Shown in pieces: positions 60,368 to 64,000 of a stretch of 64,000 bases of DNA. The position numbers were made by a program, and so were the translations under genes. A model generated the notes under the pieces. It saw only the letters and a list, made by a program, of their open reading frames with translations. It made no database searches and was not told the origin of the DNA. This DNA comes from Candidatus Latescibacterota bacterium (GTDB lineage Bacteria; Latescibacterota; UBA2968; UBA8231): the NCBI GenBank assembly GCA_965248355.1, contig OZ252098.1:4064001-4128000 (forward strand). The letters run 5' to 3'. The stretch's first letter is position 1; the number at the start of each line of letters is the position of its first letter.

Positions 60368-63300
60368 ATGAGAGCTCTCATCGCCGTGGCGATCCCGCTG
60401 GTTGTGGGCATTACGGCCTTCACCAGTCCCGCCGGGGCCCGAGGCACGGCGCCCGCGCCGGCCGCCAAGGCCGCACAGGACGAGGAGTACGCCTTTGGCG
60501 AGCGCTCCTTGATCAACATCAACAACATGTCCATGTGGTTCCTGCGCGACGGGAACTCGGCCAACAACCCCGTCACCCACGGCTCGGGGGTCACCTACCC
60601 GAGGTCCACGGCCCAGATCATCTACCAGGACGGCCTGATTTGGGGGGGCCTCGTGGCCGACGGCGATCCCCAGGAGCTGCGTGTCGGCGGCCAGACCTAC
60701 GCCATCGGCACCGTGCCCGGCGCCATCCTGTCCAAGGGGGTCGCCGAGGATCCCGAGGATCCCGGCGTCCGCATCTACCGGATTCGCCGCGATTACAAGA
60801 CGGCGGACCTGCGCCTCGACGCCTCGGAGCTGTTCAACAAGGGGCTGAGCCAGGTGACGGAGGCCGATGTGGAGGCTCTCCGCGGACAGTATGACAAGGA
60901 CTGGCGAGAGTGGCCGGCGGCCAAGGGCGCCCCGTTCTACGACAACGATGGCGACGGCGCCTACGATCCGGACGTGGACGCGCCCGGCGTGGCCAACGGC
61001 GATCAGGTGGCCTGGTTCGTGATCAACGATCTCGACGTGGGCGCGGCGACCTCCCTCTACGGGTCCAAACCGATCGGCCTGGAAGTGCAGATCACGATCT
61101 GGGCCTACGCGCGCTCCGACGCCTTGGGGGACGTGATCTTCAAGAAGTACCAGATCGTCTACGAGGGCACGGCCGCCACGCCGGATACCGCCGTCATCAA
61201 CGACATGTACATCTCGCAGTGGTCGGATCCCGACCTCGGGGACTTCGGCGACGATTTCGCGGGAGCCGACATCGACCTGAGCCTGGGCTACGTGTACAAC
61301 GGCCAGAAGAACGACTCCGACTACGTGGGATTCGGATTGGCGCCGCCGGCGGCCGGGTACGACTTCCTCCAGGGGCCGATCGTGCCGGTCCATGTCAAGG
61401 ACGAGAACGGCGAGACCGTGGTGGACGAGGACGGCAACCCCGTCCTGGACGAGACTTCCGAGGCCATCTTCAACTTCCAGAGGCGGAAGGGCTACAAGAA
61501 CCTGCCCATGACCTCCTTCGTGTTCTTCGCCGCCGGCAGCGCTATCGACGACCCGGAGTTGGGCGAGTACGTGGGCACGGAGGAGTGGTACAACCTGCTG
61601 CGCGGCTTCCAGCCGCAGCCCGACATCAACAACCCGGTGCCCTTCACCAATCCCATCACCGGCCTGGACACCAAGTTCACCTTGGACGGCGATCCGACCC
61701 GGGCCACCGGCTGGAACGACGGCATCCCGCTGCCGGCGGGTGACCGGCGCATCGTGCTTGACACCGGGCCTTTCACCATGGCCCTGGGTGACACCCAGGA
61801 GGTGGTCGTGGCCCTCCTCGGCGCCGTGGGCTCGACCCAGTTGCGCAGCGTGGCCAAGCTGAAGTTCACCGACCAGTTCGTACAGGACGCGTACAACAAC
61901 TTCTTCCAGGTTCCTTCGCCTCCGGCCCCGCCCAACGTCAACGTCGTCGAGCTCAGCGGCGGGATCGTGCTGGACTGGGGCTGGGATCCGGATTCGATCA
62001 CGGAGACGGAGACCGTGGCCTCCGAGGGCTACGCCTTCGAGGGTTACAACGTCTACCAGTTGCCGGCGGCCGAGTCCGGTCTCAACCAGGGCGTCCTCGT
62101 GGCCACCTTCGACCGGGTCAACGGCGTCACGACGATTCTGGGCATCTCCCTGGATGACGAATCCGGGATCGTCCTCGACGTGCCGCAGCAGATCGGCGTC
62201 GACGCGGGCATCCGCCGCAACCTCAGGCTCACGACCGACGCCGTGCGCGGGGGGCCCCTCGTCAACGGCCAGAACTACTACTTCGCGGTGACAGCCTACA
62301 ACCGCGCCACTTCCGAGGGCGCGGCGGTCACGACCCTGGAGAGCACACCGCAGCTGCTGATCGTCAAACCCCAGGAGCCGCCCGTGGGCACGCGCTACGG
62401 AGACGAGGCCTTCGAGCCGGTGGAGGTCAGTCACCAGGGATCCAGCGAGGGCGTCGTGGAGGTGACGGTGATCAACCCGACCATGACCACCGGCAACGCG
62501 TACGAAGTCAGCTTCGGTGTTGACGAGGAGTCCGGCGGCACCGTCTGGGCCCTGGCGGACGTGACATCCGGCAAGGCGCTCCTGGATGGCCAGGCCGAGA
62601 TCGGCCCGGGGCAGGAGCGCGTGCCCATCTATTTGGGCGATCACGGCTTCAACATCATGGTCCTGGGCCCGCCTCTGGCCCTGAGCAACTGGGAGTGGGA
62701 GGGCTCCGAGCGCTGGATCTCCGGCGTCAACTGGGGCGGCAGCGGTCTCTTCGGCGGCGCCGACGTGGGTCCCAACTTCCTCGGCTCCTCTCTCGGCGGC
62801 GCGGACCTGAAGGCGGTGGAGATCCGGTTCAGCTGGACGAACACCTCGATGGCCTATCGCTATTTGCGCGGCGGGGATCCCAACTACGGGTACCAGGACT
62901 TCGTCGAGGTCCCCTTCACCGCCTGGGATGTGGACAGCGATCCACCGCGGCAGGTGAACTTCGCCTTCGTCGAGAACGCCGGTTCCGTGTCGGAGAACGG
63001 CACCTGGGACCTGGCCTCGGAGGGCGATGATCGGGCCCTCGGCGGCCGCGAGTACATGTTCGTTCTGGACAGCGACTACAGCGACACCCCGTTGGATCGG
63101 TACACCGGGGCCAACGTGGCGGCAGATGCCGGGTCCATGGACATCCAGGCCGCCATCTGGCCGACACTGCGCGGCGACCGGGAGATGACGGAGATGCTCG
63201 AGGACGGTCAGGTGCTGCGCCTGATCCCCTACCGCGTCAACAGCGTCAACGACGTGTTCTCCTTCACCACCCTCGGCACCTTGTCGAGTTCCGAGTTCCT

Positions 63301-63628
63301 CGAGGCCGATCTGAAAAAGATCAACGTCTTCCCCAATCCCTACTACGCGGTCAACAAGGCAGAGAGCAGCCGCTACCGCCACTTCGTCACCTTCAGCCAC
63401 CTGCCGGACCAGGTGAAGATCTCCATCTTCGACCTGTCCGGCACCATGGTGCGGTTCCTGGAGAAGGACGATGCCAACCAGTTCCTGCGCTGGGAGCTGG
63501 ACAACGAGAACGGACTGCCCGTGGCCTCCGGCATGTACATCGTCCACATCGACATGCCCGGGGTGAAGAAGACCAAGATCCTGAAGGTCGCGGTGATCGC
63601 TGAGCAGCAATTCCTGGAGAACTTCTAG
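60368..63628 (+). CDS. Large acidic secreted protein with T9SS type-A-like C-terminal domain (TBDT partner)
   Basis: Signal peptide without lipobox; WSDPDLG, GDRR, FEGYNVY, NGQNYYFAVTAY; INVFPNPYY...VASGMYIVHI. Confidence 0.88.
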   Translation: MRALIAVAIPLVVGITAFTSPAGARGTAPAPAAKAAQDEEYAFGERSLININNMSMWFLRDGNSANNPVTHGSGVTYPRSTAQIIYQDGLIWGGLVADGDPQELRVGGQTYAIGTVPGAILSKGVAEDPEDPGVRIYRIRRDYKTADLRLDASELFNKGLSQVTEADVEALRGQYDKDWREWPAAKGAPFYDNDGDGAYDPDVDAPGVANGDQVAWFVINDLDVGAATSLYGSKPIGLEVQITIWAYARSDALGDVIFKKYQIVYEGTAATPDTAVINDMYISQWSDPDLGDFGDDFAGADIDLSLGYVYNGQKNDSDYVGFGLAPPAAGYDFLQGPIVPVHVKDENGETVVDEDGNPVLDETSEAIFNFQRRKGYKNLPMTSFVFFAAGSAIDDPELGEYVGTEEWYNLLRGFQPQPDINNPVPFTNPITGLDTKFTLDGDPTRATGWNDGIPLPAGDRRIVLDTGPFTMALGDTQEVVVALLGAVGSTQLRSVAKLKFTDQFVQDAYNNFFQVPSPPAPPNVNVVELSGGIVLDWGWDPDSITETETVASEGYAFEGYNVYQLPAAESGLNQGVLVATFDRVNGVTTILGISLDDESGIVLDVPQQIGVDAGIRRNLRLTTDAVRGGPLVNGQNYYFAVTAYNRATSEGAAVTTLESTPQLLIVKPQEPPVGTRYGDEAFEPVEVSHQGSSEGVVEVTVINPTMTTGNAYEVSFGVDEESGGTVWALADVTSGKALLDGQAEIGPGQERVPIYLGDHGFNIMVLGPPLALSNWEWEGSERWISGVNWGGSGLFGGADVGPNFLGSSLGGADLKAVEIRFSWTNTSMAYRYLRGGDPNYGYQDFVEVPFTAWDVDSDPPRQVNFAFVENAGSVSENGTWDLASEGDDRALGGREYMFVLDSDYSDTPLDRYTGANVAADAGSMDIQAAIWPTLRGDREMTEMLEDGQVLRLIPYRVNSVNDVFSFTTLGTLSSSEFLEADLKKINVFPNPYYAVNKAESSRYRHFVTFSHLPDQVKISIFDLSGTMVRFLEKDDANQFLRWELDNENGLPVASGMYIVHIDMPGVKKTKILKVAVIAEQQFLENF

Positions 63629-63660
63629 GCAGGCGCACGCCACAAGGAGATCGCAATCCA

Positions 63661-64000
63661 ATGACACGCAACAGCAAGATCGCGGCCGTGGTGCTGGCGC
63701 CGACTCTCCTGATGTCGGCCGCTGGTGCCGCGTACGCCGCCGGTCCGGACCGTGCGGGTACCGCTGCCGCCAACGAACTGCTGATTCCGGTGGGGGGCCG
63801 CGCCATGGCCCTGGGGGGCGCTTCGGTGGCGACCACTTCCGGCCTCGAAGCGCTGCACTGGAACCCGGCGGGGCTGTCGCGCGCCTCGAACGACGCCGAG
63901 CTCATGGTGTCCACCATGTCCTACCTGGCGGACGTGCGCGTCAATTACATCGCCGCCGGCGCCCGTTTCGCTTCGGTGGGTTCTTTCGGCCTGGACATCA
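63661..64000 (+). CDS. porV: PorV/PorQ-family outer-membrane protein (3'-truncated by window edge; absent from ORF track)
   Basis: AAGGAG RBS; MTRNSK...GTAAANELLIPVGGRAMALGGA...LHWNPAGL...YLADV. Confidence 0.85.
   Translation, partial: MTRNSKIAAVVLAPTLLMSAAGAAYAAGPDRAGTAAANELLIPVGGRAMALGGASVATTSGLEALHWNPAGLSRASNDAELMVSTMSYLADVRVNYIAAGARFASVGSFGLDI

Overview
High-GC bacterial chromosome segment, almost entirely + strand. Gene content suggests an FCB-group diderm, probably Latescibacterota-like: BamA/Skp/Lol, PorV, several proteins with T9SS/FlgD-type C-terminal domains, dockerin/cohesin-like modules and a 16S A1409-U1491 pair. This placement is an inference, not a database result. Gene order: hisB 3' end; a duplicated small-ORF cassette with EGRQ repeats; a YfhO-like GT-C; two large CTD-bearing secreted proteins; moaD-moaE fusion; CX5R phosphatase; Zn-ribbon protein; YbbR; tsaD; vWA protein; lamin-tail protein; ftsK; lolA; S8 protease; prfB (programmed +1 shift plus a second indel); lolC/E-lolD; mcsA-mcsB-clpC; bamA-skp-fabZ (no lpx genes); plant-like pyrB; a 37-aa basic ORF; Gfo/Idh/MocA oxidoreductase; GT39; rhamnose isomerase; a complete rrn operon (16S, tRNA-Ile, 23S, 5S); a minus-strand GT8; EF-G2; yebC-ruvCAB-tsaB; a sugar ABC ATPase; holB; rsmA; an unknown beta-barrel; ilvE; and a TonB-dependent transporter / CTD protein / PorV triad. 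Best leads: (1) a 2-TM protein with an intragenic RBS that would yield a separate Rpn-like C-terminal protein, plus a stand-alone copy of that C-terminal unit, a candidate new toxin/intragenic-antitoxin system; (2) a SusD-less TBDT-CTD-PorV uptake module; (3) 23S rRNA with uncompensated 2056A/2057A/2058U at the macrolide site; (4) a bamA-skp-fabZ cluster lacking lipid A genes. All family calls come from motif recognition by eye; no searches were run.
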